A stretch of 64,000 bases of DNA, from assembly GCA_977016875.1 (NCBI GenBank), contig CDRNST010000273.1:5146001-5210000 (forward strand). The letters run 5' to 3'. Position numbers and translations under genes: made by a program. The notes beneath the pieces are model-generated. The model saw nothing but the letters and a program-made list of their open reading frames with translations. It was not told where the DNA came from and made no database searches. This DNA comes from Pavona decussata (lineage: Eukaryota). Below are positions 11,748 to 26,400 of the stretch, piece by piece. Position 1 is the stretch's first letter. Each line of letters opens with the position of its first letter.

Positions 11748-14700
11748 TCTTTAAATTAATGCAAATCTTTTGCTGCTTTGCAGACAGCAGTGAATGCAAT
11801 TTCTTTGTTGTCAAATGTTACAGTAGTGGCTGTGTACGGAGGCAGCCTTGTTGCTTAAATGGTGCCTTTGATGTGGCCAAATGGTGTTACAACTTGGCCA
11901 TAGTTGTTGCTGAATAAAAATTTGTATTATTTTTGCAAATGGCATTTTGGGATACAATGAATTTGTTTTATCTACTCAATCAGTTCTTATTGAGACTTTG
12001 TCATCTTTCTTGAATTTTAATTGTATGCATTGTACCTTTTTCTTTCCACATTCTGTTGGCACTTTTGAGAAGGCCTTGTGTCATTGGTGTTCTTGGCGAT
12101 TGGTGTGCAATCTTTGTTCCATTTTGAAAACAGTAGTGCTTCATTCCATGGTTGTAAATTTTTTTTCCATTGTCAGATACATACTGACTATAGTCATCTG
12201 TATTTCTAAATTTAATTTTATCAGGTACATAGTAGTTGTGAAAAATCAAGTCACGAGTACGATATTCACGGTATACCACAAGAAGGGACTGGATGACTAA
12301 TTTATCCCATATGCCACTCATTGAATTTACTTTCCTGTTCGATGTCTGGTCCCAGGAATTCAAAATTGAGGTCAAAACTGGGGTATTCTGGTTCCATGTT
12401 ATAGTTGTTGACAGTAATTTTTTTCGGAATGAAAATTTTGACCTGTCGCAGGCTCTTCAATCGATCTTTTTGGCGGGAAAAAATTTTAGGCCACAAGGAA
12501 CACTGTGATTTTTTGTGGAATACTTCCTGTTGTTACAGGTTTCTAGCTTTCTGGTTGCCTGTATTCTTTATGGCATGGGATAAATATTATATATATATGA
12601 ATTTTCTTTTGCGGGTAACCGTTTTATTGTAAAGGGGAAGGACTTGTATAAACTTGGTGTGGTGGCCAATGAAAGTTACTGCCCATTTGTGGGACTCTGG
12701 TTTGGCTTTCAGGGGCAGTTTCAAATGTCCATTAAATGTATTGCTTGTAAAGATAGAAATGTTTCAGCTTCAAGAGGTTGTTTGACTGGTTTCACTCTAC
12801 CTTTTACTGTTCTATGTTTTTGGTGAAATTTGCTTATTTTCACAAAAAGGTTCACAACTTTTTTATTTGTCTGTGTAGTTTTTGGTGAACCACTTCATGA
12901 TGCTTGTCTCCTGCGATGTGTTATTCTGTTGTGGGCGAAGGAAAATACATCTGTACACGATAATGTGTTGTTTGGGAGTGACTTTCTTGTTGTCTTCTGA
13001 GATTGTACTACCATTAGAGTACTTCCATTTCTTATGAACTAGAGATTGAAACAAAGGAAGCTAGTTATAAAAAATTAAAACTGGTTGGAAAACAATGAAA
13101 ATGATTCTGAAATAAATTATAAAATTGAACCACAACATACATGTATACACTACCTGCATATAGCAAATGCCAATTGAGGCAAGAAGTTAAACAGATATGT
13201 TTTACTACACAAATTAGGTTGACTAAAAAGAAAAAAAGAAGAAAAGTGGCATTAGAAAAGTAAATGAATAAGTAAGTAGAAAACAAATAAGTATTACAAG
13301 TTACCCAGGTAATTGTGATAGAAGAAATGTACACAAAGGATATAGACCATATTTAACAACTTTTCGCAGTGATCCATCCATTAAACTCATCACCAACAGG
13401 TGAGTGTGGGGACGGTGCCCGCAAGGTCTGGGGGAGCCTCAAGCAAGTGCAAAAGGGGGCAAAGGCAGTGGATGAGGGCTGCATCAGTACGATCTTTTAA
13501 AAAGCTGCAGCCCAGTTGGGATCTGTTGCTCATTACTTTTTCACTATGAAATCACATCAATGTCTGGATTGACATCTTTAGCAGCAGCACTATTAGTGGG
13601 CAATTCCCTCTGCGAGACATCTATGCATGCACCATCTAAGAAACCAAACTGTCTCAACTGGTAATGAAGTTCTTGATTAGTAGGCTGTATTTCTGATACC
13701 TGCCTAGAACTGAACGGGTGAGCTGACTGGAATAACTGAACAGTCTCCTGCCAACCTCCGTCTACAAAGTGTGATATAAAGTAATGATATGCTGGCTGAA
13801 GGCAAGCCAATGCTTATGCTTCCCACTGATTGGTGAAGAGCAATGTTTCCATGAACTGTTGCCCCAATAACAGCACTGCAATTAGGAAAGCAATGATTCG
13901 TCACTTCCGCCTCAAATTTCCTGATCTCTTCATCAGCTATAAGGGAAAGTGGCCCATCTTCTTCAAAGTCATGACATCAAATGTGATTGCAGGTTCTACT
14001 CCTTTAACTGGGCTAATTGCTGTGAACCATTAATGATGGGCTGACGTTTTTGTTTCTGTTTCCTCTGGTAGGCCCTCTCCATTGACAAAAGTTGGAATGT
14101 CACCAAAACAGTTAAGCACTTGATTAACTGATGGTTTACAGCCACCTCTTTGAAACCCCCTACAACCTATACATGTTCTGAAAGAAGAGATTCCATACTA
14201 TTATCTTTAATACCGAGGTATATAACAGAAGCTAAAGAAAAAATATGACAAATCTTGAAAACGAAAAAAAACAAGAAAAATAAGAAAATTTTGCAAATGT
14301 CAAACTGTTAGCCAAATGGAACAGGTCTTAAACAGAGAATATGAATGTTTTAGTCACTTTAACACTGATTGAAAAAGTTTGCCACATGAGAACCTTTCAA
14401 AAACAAATTTTGCTAGTTGGATCTCATTCTGACAGATCATATGAATTGTACCGTATGCGCAATAAATATTACTGTACCAGTTCAACAAAAACTGTTCACA
14501 CAAAAGTGGTACATTGAAATGCTTCCAAAAAGCTGCTTCAATGATAAACTTTTTCACTATTTACATAGTATAGAAAGTTTTCATCTGGATCTTCCTTGAA
14601 GTGGCCTACCAGGTCCAGCCCTTGGTCTACCATTGGCATCCTTTAGCCTTTTGGGGCAATCTCTTGATGGATCGTCAAAAAGGTACTCGTGTAAGTTGTG

Positions 14701-17620
14701 GTACCTCTCAAAACATGGTGCTGGACAGATGCCCAATCATTGCTGGTGTCAACCAGTTGGATGAACACTTTGCATTTCCTGTGAGTTTCAGTGACCACAG
14801 GGTGGTGAAAGAGCATGTGATTGAAGCATGTGTCTGGCAGTATTTGACTCCTGTCAGAAAACAATTTCCTCCGATTAGTTGTTGCAAGAGTGTATCTTTG
14901 AATTGACCAAGAGTGGTATCTGGGTGGCCTGCTTTCTGGTACAGGATGTTTGCATTTAGCACAGCAACCTCAAGCATGACCAAACCGGCTTCTTTTCAAA
15001 GGCAAAAATTGCCTGAATTGGACTCTTCCCTTGAATTGTATCAAAGTTTCATCCAAAGATAAATTCTGTGATAGTGAGTATACTGAAGTAAACCTTGGAA
15101 ACAGAATATTTAGAAATGGTCTTATTTTCTACAGTTTATCCCTATTAGGATCTGCAGGAACTGGTGCATTGTCATTGTTTACAAAATGCATAAGCCTTAG
15201 AATTGCAAGGTAGCAATCTCTAGCCATTGTGTTTGCGACTAATGGAGTATTAGTGACTGCATTAGAGGACCAGTACGATTTGAGGTTGTTTTTTTTTTTT
15301 TTAACTAAGCCCATGGCCCATGTGAGACCAAGCTAAGCTTTCAACTCAGGGACACCAAAATTTGGGAGACTGCCTAATAAATCTGCATCAAGTTCACTTT
15401 TGCAACTTAAGCTTCTGGTTCACTTGCCTGATCTTTTCCAGGCTCAGCTTCATCGGTTTCTGCGTTTTCAACATTGTTTTCTGGTTGACCTTGGCCAAAA
15501 AATGCTGAAATCTTTCTTTGTTTTGACACGACCTCGTTCAGCTTGATCAGTCACCATCTCACAAGCCCATGGGTTTCAATGAATAAAACTCCCTATAGCG
15601 ATTACTTATACTAGTTCCCAGGGACCTGGAGTATGAACGGCCATTATGTTTATGTCAGACTGGACTAGTATTCTCCGCATTTGGGTTCTGGTTCTTGCAT
15701 ATTCTCCCCAAATTTTAAATGGGATATTGCTTTCAAAAGATTTTGAACAAGGAGAAATCACAAATTCCTTGCATCTACAAAATTTGAAGTGCACCAAAAT
15801 GACCCAGGCAACGAATTTGAAGGGGACATTTTTGCTCAGACTGCGCCAATTCCGCAATGGCACGCTCTAGATCAGACACTGGGGAAGGTGTTAGGTTGCT
15901 AGGTGGCAGCTGTTGTATACATGGCTTTGGGCTGGTGTGATCTGGTGTCATCGCTGCTGGGGTTAGACCAGTTAGTGGCTTCGCAGGGGATGGTTGCGGT
16001 GGCAGCTCTGCTTGTGGTGGATTGGAGTTGGTTTGCTTGAGCGGGCTGTGTGGCAGCATGGCAAGGTGTCGCAGGTCATTGTCGATGGTGAGACGAGGTG
16101 GTGTGGTCTGTACTGGAAGGTATTTCCTCAAGAACTTGTGGTTGGGGGTGCTCATCCTTCCAGAGCGGTCAATGCGGATAACCTACTGGTCGAGTTCTGC
16201 TCTATGCAATGTGTCAACTTCAACAGTGAGCAGGATCTTCATAACATGGGTCAACTTTGTGTACTTTCAAAAGAACACATGAATATTTGGTGAAGGAGAG
16301 AAGTGGTTGATAGAACAATGCTCGAAGCATTCAAAAGCAAATACAAGTCTACTAGAGTAATTACTGATTGTACCAAAATTAGGTGTGAAATGCCCAGTAG
16401 GAACTCTTCAGTAATCTGCTAGATTATCATTACAAATAACCCTGTATTTGCATGTGAAACACAAGGAGAATTTGAAATTGCCTGCTATGGCAACGATAGA
16501 ATTTAATTTTTGTCATCGTTGTTGGAAAATGAACTTTGAATATGATTTTTATACTTCTTTGAATAGCCATTGTCTTTGAGTAACATGAATACTGCCTGAT
16601 GGTTACTACTTGATCAAATTTGTTGGTCAAAAAAAAAGGAAGTGATCACTAATGATGAATGTCTTGATGTTCAAGAAAATTCTCCCAACTAGTACACGTA
16701 CAAAGAAATATATTGAGAATGATGAGGACCGTGTGACGATCCGAACTGACCAGGATGCGGCAAGAAAAGCCACTCCTTAACTAATATTTTGAAATTCTTA
16801 TTTTCAATTCTAATTTAATGAAAGAAACTAAAACAAGAACTTGTTGACACCAAACTGAGAGCAGGAAATTGTAGCAATTGATTAAAAATTTTAGCTTTGT
16901 TGAAGGGTTGTTAAACACAGATCGGATTATGGCCTGTGAACTTTGATTCAAAGTTGTTTACGTAAATTACTGGAGTTCTCACCACTGACTTCTTCTTCTA
17001 TGCCGTTTGTGTGAAATATACAAAGATTGTTTTCTCTCATTTTGACATTATAATCATCTTACTTTCAATGTTAACTGCAGCTTTAAAATTTGTGTGTAGT
17101 GATTGTGCAATGTTGTGAAAAATTAGTAACAAACATCCAAGGCATTTACAGATCAACACATATCTTCCTTGTGAACCAAACAAGTTGAACCAGCTTGGTT
17201 TTTGCAACTGCCAAATCAGTCATGAATGATATGTACTGTGAAATGGGTTTCTAATAGGTCACCTGCATCCTTGATATCCGAAAAACCGTTGCAAAATCTG
17301 TATTCTAAATTAGCTATTTTATTTTTACATGCACATCTTTCTTTGAATTCAAAGAGAAATTTTATAGCCAGTACAGGTGGCTACCTATATCTGTACGGCC
17401 AGCAGAATTCTGCCAGTTCCCGGTTCTTTTTGTTTTTCTCTTTGACCATTACTGTTGCTGGCTTCTACTTGTTGTGTGAAATGGTGTTATTGTGACTAAT
17501 AATAGTAATAATTAATAGAAATTAAATCAGTTTATAAACTTCACCCTTTAAAAATAAGATTGCTTTATCTAGCATTAGTAACCTACAAATAATAAATAAT
17601 ATTTTAAGAACAATTTAAAT
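11748..17620. repeat. Array unit copy 3 (5873 bp)
   Basis: Direct periodicity; C>T at 16922. Confidence 0.95.
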
Positions 17621-20600
17621 TCTTTAAATTAATGCAAATCTTTTGCTGCTTTGCAGACAGCAGTGAATGCAATTTCTTTGTTGTCAAATGTTACAGTAGT
17701 GGCTGTGTACGGAGGCAGCCTTGTTGCTTAAATGGTGCCTTTGATGTGGCCAAATGGTGTTACAACTTGGCCATAGTTGTTGCTGAATAAAAATTTGTAT
17801 TATTTTTGCAAATGGCATTTTGGGATACAATGAATTTGTTTTATCTACTCAATCAGTTCTTATTGAGACTTTGTCATCTTTCTTGAATTTTAATTGTATG
17901 CATTGTACCTTTTTCTTTCCACATTCTGTTGGCACTTTTGAGAAGGCCTTGTGTCATTGGTGTTCTTGGCGATTGGTGTGCAATCTTTGTTCCATTTTGA
18001 AAACAGTAGTGCTTCATTCCATGGTTGTAAATTTTTTTTCCATTGTCAGATACATACTGACTATAGTCATCTGTATTTCTAAATTTAATTTTATCAGGTA
18101 CATAGTAGTTGTGAAAAATCAAGTCACGAGTACGATATTCACGGTATACCACAAGAAGGGACTGGATGACTAATTTATCCCATATGCCACTCATTGAATT
18201 TACTTTCCTGTTCGATGTCTGGTCCCAGGAATTCAAAATTGAGGTCAAAACTGGGGTATTCTGGTTCCATGTTATAGTTGTTGACAGTAATTTTTTTCGG
18301 AATGAAAATTTTGACCTGTCGCAGGCTCTTCAATCGATCTTTTTGGCGGGAAAAAATTTTAGGCCACAAGGAACACTGTGATTTTTTGTGGAATACTTCC
18401 TGTTGTTACAGGTTTCTAGCTTTCTGGTTGCCTGTATTCTTTATGGCATGGGATAAATATTATATATATATGAATTTTCTTTTGCGGGTAACCGTTTTAT
18501 TGTAAAGGGGAAGGACTTGTATAAACTTGGTGTGGTGGCCAATGAAAGTTACTGCCCATTTGTGGGACTCTGGTTTGGCTTTCAGGGGCAGTTTCAAATG
18601 TCCATTAAATGTATTGCTTGTAAAGATAGAAATGTTTCAGCTTCAAGAGGTTGTTTGACTGGTTTCACTCTACCTTTTACTGTTCTATGTTTTTGGTGAA
18701 ATTTGCTTATTTTCACAAAAAGGTTCACAACTTTTTTATTTGTCTGTGTAGTTTTTGGTGAACCACTTCATGATGCTTGTCTCCTGCGATGTGTTATTCT
18801 GTTGTGGGCGAAGGAAAATACATCTGTACACGATAATGTGTTGTTTGGGAGTGACTTTCTTGTTGTCTTCTGAGATTGTACTACCATTAGAGTACTTCCA
18901 TTTCTTATGAACTAGAGATTGAAACAAAGGAAGCTAGTTATAAAAAATTAAAACTGGTTGGAAAACAATGAAAATGATTCTGAAATAAATTATAAAATTG
19001 AACCACAACATACATGTATACACTACCTGCATATAGCAAATGCCAATTGAGGCAAGAAGTTAAACAGATATGTTTTACTACACAAATTAGGTTGACTAAA
19101 AAGAAAAAAAGAAGAAAAGTGGCATTAGAAAAGTAAATGAATAAGTAAGTAGAAAACAAATAAGTATTACAAGTTACCCAGGTAATTGTGATAGAAGAAA
19201 TGTACACAAAGGATATAGACCATATTTAACAACTTTTCGCAGTGATCCATCCATTAAACTCATCACCAACAGGTGAGTGTGGGGACGGTGCCCGCAAGGT
19301 CTGGGGGAGCCTCAAGCAAGTGCAAAAGGGGGCAAAGGCAGTGGATGAGGGCTGCATCAGTACGATCTTTTAAAAAGCTGCAGCCCAGTTGGGATCTGTT
19401 GCTCATTACTTTTTCACTATGAAATCACATCAATGTCTGGATTGACATCTTTAGCAGCAGCACTATTAGTGGGCAATTCCCTCTGCGAGACATCTATGCA
19501 TGCACCATCTAAGAAACCAAACTGTCTCAACTGGTAATGAAGTTCTTGATTAGTAGGCTGTATTTCTGATACCTGCCTAGAACTGAACGGGTGAGCTGAC
19601 TGGAATAACTGAACAGTCTCCTGCCAACCTCCGTCTACAAAGTGTGATATAAAGTAATGATATGCTGGCTGAAGGCAAGCCAATGCTTATGCTTCCCACT
19701 GATTGGTGAAGAGCAATGTTTCCATGAACTGTTGCCCCAATAACAGCACTGCAATTAGGAAAGCAATGATTCGTCACTTCCGCCTCAAATTTCCTGATCT
19801 CTTCATCAGCTATAAGGGAAAGTGGCCCATCTTCTTCAAAGTCATGACATCAAATGTGATTGCAGGTTCTACTCCTTTAACTGGGCTAATTGCTGTGAAC
19901 CATTAATGATGGGCTGACGTTTTTGTTTCTGTTTCCTCTGGTAGGCCCTCTCCATTGACAAAAGTTGGAATGTCACCAAAACAGTTAAGCACTTGATTAA
20001 CTGATGGTTTACAGCCACCTCTTTGAAACCCCCTACAACCTATACATGTTCTGAAAGAAGAGATTCCATACTATTATCTTTAATACCGAGGTATATAACA
20101 GAAGCTAAAGAAAAAATATGACAAATCTTGAAAACGAAAAAAAACAAGAAAAATAAGAAAATTTTGCAAATGTCAAACTGTTAGCCAAATGGAACAGGTC
20201 TTAAACAGAGAATATGAATGTTTTAGTCACTTTAACACTGATTGAAAAAGTTTGCCACATGAGAACCTTTCAAAAACAAATTTTGCTAGTTGGATCTCAT
20301 TCTGACAGATCATATGAATTGTACCGTATGCGCAATAAATATTACTGTACCAGTTCAACAAAAACTGTTCACACAAAAGTGGTACATTGAAATGCTTCCA
20401 AAAAGCTGCTTCAATGATAAACTTTTTCACTATTTACATAGTATAGAAAGTTTTCATCTGGATCTTCCTTGAAGTGGCCTACCAGGTCCAGCCCTTGGTC
20501 TACCATTGGCATCCTTTAGCCTTTTGGGGCAATCTCTTGATGGATCGTCAAAAAGGTACTCGTGTAAGTTGTGGTACCTCTCAAAACATGGTGCTGGACA

Positions 20601-23493
20601 GATGCCCAATCATTGCTGGTGTCAACCAGTTGGATGAACACTTTGCATTTCCTGTGAGTTTCAGTGACCACAGGGTGGTGAAAGAGCATGTGATTGAAGC
20701 ATGTGTCTGGCAGTATTTGACTCCTGTCAGAAAACAATTTCCTCCGATTAGTTGTTGCAAGAGTGTATCTTTGAATTGACCAAGAGTGGTATCTGGGTGG
20801 CCTGCTTTCTGGTACAGGATGTTTGCATTTAGCACAGCAACCTCAAGCATGACCAAACCGGCTTCTTTTCAAAGGCAAAAATTGCCTGAATTGGACTCTT
20901 CCCTTGAATTGTATCAAAGTTTCATCCAAAGATAAATTCTGTGATAGTGAGTATACTGAAGTAAACCTTGGAAACAGAATATTTAGAAATGGTCTTATTT
21001 TCTACAGTTTATCCCTATTAGGATCTGCAGGAACTGGTGCATTGTCATTGTTTACAAAATGCATAAGCCTTAGAATTGCAAGGTAGCAATCTCTAGCCAT
21101 TGTGTTTGCGACTAATGGAGTATTAGTGACTGCATTAGAGGACCAGTACGATTTGAGGTTGTTTTTTTTTTTTTTAACTAAGCCCATGGCCCATGTGAGA
21201 CCAAGCTAAGCTTTCAACTCAGGGACACCAAAATTTGGGAGACTGCCTAATAAATCTGCATCAAGTTCACTTTTGCAACTTAAGCTTCTGGTTCACTTGC
21301 CTGATCTTTTCCAGGCTCAGCTTCATCGGTTTCTGCGTTTTCAACATTGTTTTCTGGTTGACCTTGGCCAAAAAATGCTGAAATCTTTCTTTGTTTTGAC
21401 ACGACCTCGTTCAGCTTGATCAGTCACCATCTCACAAGCCCATGGGTTTCAATGAATAAAACTCCCTATAGCGATTACTTATACTAGTTCCCAGGGACCT
21501 GGAGTATGAACGGCCATTATGTTTATGTCAGACTGGACTAGTATTCTCCGCATTTGGGTTCTGGTTCTTGCATATTCTCCCCAAATTTTAAATGGGATAT
21601 TGCTTTCAAAAGATTTTGAACAAGGAGAAATCACAAATTCCTTGCATCTACAAAATTTGAAGTGCACCAAAATGACCCAGGCAACGAATTTGAAGGGGAC
21701 ATTTTTGCTCAGACTGCGCCAATTCCGCAATGGCACGCTCTAGATCAGACACTGGGGAAGGTGTTAGGTTGCTAGGTGGCAGCTGTTGTATACATGGCTT
21801 TGGGCTGGTGTGATCTGGTGTCATCGCTGCTGGGGTTAGACCAGTTAGTGGCTTCGCAGGGGATGGTTGCGGTGGCAGCTCTGCTTGTGGTGGATTGGAG
21901 TTGGTTTGCTTGAGCGGGCTGTGTGGCAGCATGGCAAGGTGTCGCAGGTCATTGTCGATGGTGAGACGAGGTGGTGTGGTCTGTACTGGAAGGTATTTCC
22001 TCAAGAACTTGTGGTTGGGGGTGCTCATCCTTCCAGAGCGGTCAATGCGGATAACCTACTGGTCGAGTTCTGCTCTATGCAATGTGTCAACTTCAACAGT
22101 GAGCAGGATCTTCATAACATGGGTCAACTTTGTGTACTTTCAAAAGAACACATGAATATTTGGTGAAGGAGAGAAGTGGTTGATAGAACAATGCTCGAAG
22201 CATTCAAAAGCAAATACAAGTCTACTAGAGTAATTACTGATTGTACCAAAATTAGGTGTGAAATGCCCAGTAGGAACTCTTCAGTAATCTGCTAGATTAT
22301 CATTACAAATAACCCTGTATTTGCATGTGAAACACAAGGAGAATTTGAAATTGCCTGCTATGGCAACGATAGAATTTAATTTTTGTCATCGTTGTTGGAA
22401 AATGAACTTTGAATATGATTTTTATACTTCTTTGAATAGCCATTGTCTTTGAGTAACATGAATACTGCCTGATGGTTACTACTTGATCAAATTTGTTGGT
22501 CAAAAAAAAAGGAAGTGATCACTAATGATGAATGTCTTGATGTTCAAGAAAATTCTCCCAACTAGTACACGTACAAAGAAATATATTGAGAATGATGAGG
22601 ACCGTGTGACGATCCGAACTGACCAGGATGCGGCAAGAAAAGCCACTCCTTAACTAATATTTTGAAATTCTTATTTTCAATTCTAATTTAATGAAAGAAA
22701 CTAAAACAAGAACTTGTTGACACCAAACTGAGAGCAGGAAATTGTAGCAATTGATTAAAAATTTTAGCTTTGTTGAAGGGTTGTTAAACACAGACCGGAT
22801 TATGGCCTGTGAACTTTGATTCAAAGTTGTTTACGTAAATTACTGGAGTTCTCACCACTGACTTCTTCTTCTATGCCGTTTGTGTGAAATATACAAAGAT
22901 TGTTTTCTCTCATTTTGACATTATAATCATCTTACTTTCAATGTTAACTGCAGCTTTAAAATTTGTGTGTAGTGATTGTGCAATGTTGTGAAAAATTAGT
23001 AACAAACATCCAAGGCATTTACAGATCAACACATATCTTCCTTGTGAACCAAACAAGTTGAACCAGCTTGGTTTTTGCAACTGCCAAATCAGTCATGAAT
23101 GATATGTACTGTGAAATGGGTTTCTAATAGGTCACCTGCATCCTTGATATCCGAAAAACCGTTGCAAAATCTGTATTCTAAATTAGCTATTTTATTTTTA
23201 CATGCACATCTTTCTTTGAATTCAAAGAGAAATTTTATAGCCAGTACAGGTGGCTACCTATATCTGTACGGCCAGCAGAATTCTGCCAGTTCCCGGTTCT
23301 TTTTGTTTTTCTCTTTGACCATTACTGTTGCTGGCTTCTACTTGTTGTGTGAAATGGTGTTATTGTGACTAATAATAGTAATAATTAATAGAAATTAAAT
23401 TAGTTTATAAACTTCACCCTTTAAAAATAAGATTGCTTTATCTAGCATTAGTAACCTACAAATAATAAATAATATTTTAAGAACAATTTAAAT
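17621..23493. repeat. Array unit copy 4 (5873 bp)
   Basis: Direct periodicity; C>T at 23401. Confidence 0.95.
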
Positions 23494-26400
23494 TCTTTAA
23501 ATTAATGCAAATCTTTTGCTGCTTTGCAGACAGCAGTGAATGCAATTTCTTTGTTGTCAAATGTTACAGTAGTGGCTGTGTACGGAGGCAGCCTTGTTGC
23601 TTAAATGGTGCCTTTGATGTGGCCAAATGGTGTTACAACTTGGCCATAGTTGTTGCTGAATAAAAATTTGTATTATTTTTGCAAATGGCATTTTGGGATA
23701 CAATGAATTTGTTTTATCTACTCAATCAGTTCTTATTGAGACTTTGTCATCTTTCTTGAATTTTAATTGTATGCATTGTACCTTTTTCTTTCCACATTCT
23801 GTTGGCACTTTTGAGAAGGCCTTGTGTCATTGGTGTTCTTGGCGATTGGTGTGCAATCTTTGTTCCATTTTGAAAACAGTAGTGCTTCATTCCATGGTTG
23901 TAAATTTTTTTTCCATTGTCAGATACATACTGACTATAGTCATCTGTATTTCTAAATTTAATTTTATCAGGTACATAGTAGTTGTGAAAAATCAAGTCAC
24001 GAGTACGATATTCACGGTATACCACAAGAAGGGACTGGATGACTAATTTATCCCATATGCCACTCATTGAATTTACTTTCCTGTTCGATGTCTGGTCCCA
24101 GGAATTCAAAATTGAGGTCAAAACTGGGGTATTCTGGTTCCATGTTATAGTTGTTGACAGTAATTTTTTTCGGAATGAAAATTTTGACCTGTCGCAGGCT
24201 CTTCAATCGATCTTTTTGGCGGGAAAAAATTTTAGGCCACAAGGAACACTGTGATTTTTTGTGGAATACTTCCTGTTGTTACAGGTTTCTAGCTTTCTGG
24301 TTGCCTGTATTCTTTATGGCATGGGATAAATATTATATATATATGAATTTTCTTTTGCGGGTAACCGTTTTATTGTAAAGGGGAAGGACTTGTATAAACT
24401 TGGTGTGGTGGCCAATGAAAGTTACTGCCCATTTGTGGGACTCTGGTTTGGCTTTCAGGGGCAGTTTCAAATGTCCATTAAATGTATTGCTTGTAAAGAT
24501 AGAAATGTTTCAGCTTCAAGAGGTTGTTTGACTGGTTTCACTCTACCTTTTACTGTTCTATGTTTTTGGTGAAATTTGCTTATTTTCACAAAAAGGTTCA
24601 CAACTTTTTTATTTGTCTGTGTAGTTTTTGGTGAACCACTTCATGATGCTTGTCTCCTGCGATGTGTTATTCTGTTGTGGGCGAAGGAAAATACATCTGT
24701 ACACGATAATGTGTTGTTTGGGAGTGACTTTCTTGTTGTCTTCTGAGATTGTACTACCATTAGAGTACTTCCATTTCTTATGAACTAGAGATTGAAACAA
24801 AGGAAGCTAGTTATAAAAAATTAAAACTGGTTGGAAAACAATGAAAATGATTCTGAAATAAATTATAAAATTGAACCACAACATACATGTATACACTACC
24901 TGCATATAGCAAATGCCAATTGAGGCAAGAAGTTAAACAGATATGTTTTACTACACAAATTAGGTTGACTAAAAAGAAAAAAAGAAGAAAAGTGGCATTA
25001 GAAAAGTAAATGAATAAGTAAGTAGAAAACAAATAAGTATTACAAGTTACCCAGGTAATTGTGATAGAAGAAATGTACACAAAGGATATAGACCATATTT
25101 CACAACTTTTCGCAGTGATCCATCCATTAAACTCATCACCAACAGGTGAGTGTGGGGACGGTGCCCGCAAGGTCTGGGGGAGCCTCAAGCAAGTGCAAAA
25201 GGGGGCAAAGGCAGTGGATGAGGGCTGCATCAGTACGATCTTTTAAAAAGCTGCAGCCCAGTTGGGATCTGTTGCTCATTACTTTTTCACTATGAAATCA
25301 CATCAATGTCTGGATTGACATCTTTAGCAGCAGCACTATTAGTGGGCAATTCCCTCTGCGAGACATCTATGCATGCACCATCTAAGAAACCAAACTGTCT
25401 CAACTGGTAATGAAGTTCTTGATTAGTAGGCTGTATTTCTGATACCTGCCTAGAACTGAACGGGTGAGCTGACTGGAATAACTGAACAGTCTCCTGCCAA
25501 CCTCCGTCTACAAAGTGTGATATAAAGTAATGATATGCTGGCTGAAGGCAAGCCAATGCTTATGCTTCCCACTGATTGGTGAAGAGCAATGTTTCCATGA
25601 ACTGTTGCCCCAATAACAGCACTGCAATTAGGAAAGCAATGATTCGTCACTTCCGCCTCAAATTTCCTGATCTCTTCATCAGCTATAAGGGAAAGTGGCC
25701 CATCTTCTTCAAAGTCATGACATCAAATGTGATTGCAGGTTCTACTCCTTTAACTGGGCTAATTGCTGTGAACCATTAATGATGGGCTGACGTTTTTGTT
25801 TCTGTTTCCTCTGGTAGGCCCTCTCCATTGACAAAAGTTGGAATGTCACCAAAACAGTTAAGCACTTGATTAACTGATGGTTTACAGCCACCTCTTTGAA
25901 ACCCCCTACAACCTATACATGTTCTGAAAGAAGAGATTCCATACTATTATCTTTAATACCGAGGTATATAACAGAAGCTAAAGAAAAAATATGACAAATC
26001 TTGAAAACGAAAAAAAACAAGAAAAATAAGAAAATTTTGCAAATGTCAAACTGTTAGCCAAATGGAACAGGTCTTAAACAGAGAATATGAATGTTTTAGT
26101 CACTTTAACACTGATTGAAAAAGTTTGCCACATGAGAACCTTTCAAAAACAAATTTTGCTAGTTGGATCTCATTCTGACAGATCATATGAATTGTACCGT
26201 ATGCGCAATAAATATTACTGTACCAGTTCAACAAAAACTGTTCACACAAAAGTGGTACATTGAAATGCTTCCAAAAAGCTGCTTCAATGATAAACTTTTT
26301 CACTATTTACATAGTATAGAAAGTTTTCATCTGGATCTTCCTTGAAGTGGCCTACCAGGTCCAGCCCTTGGTCTACCATTGGCATCCTTTAGCCTTTTGG

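Noticed and set aside
24811-25246. Longer ORFs unique to copies 5 and 6
   Set aside because: They arise from a single A>C SNP (25101, 30974) that removes a stop; the products are low-complexity and resemble no protein family.
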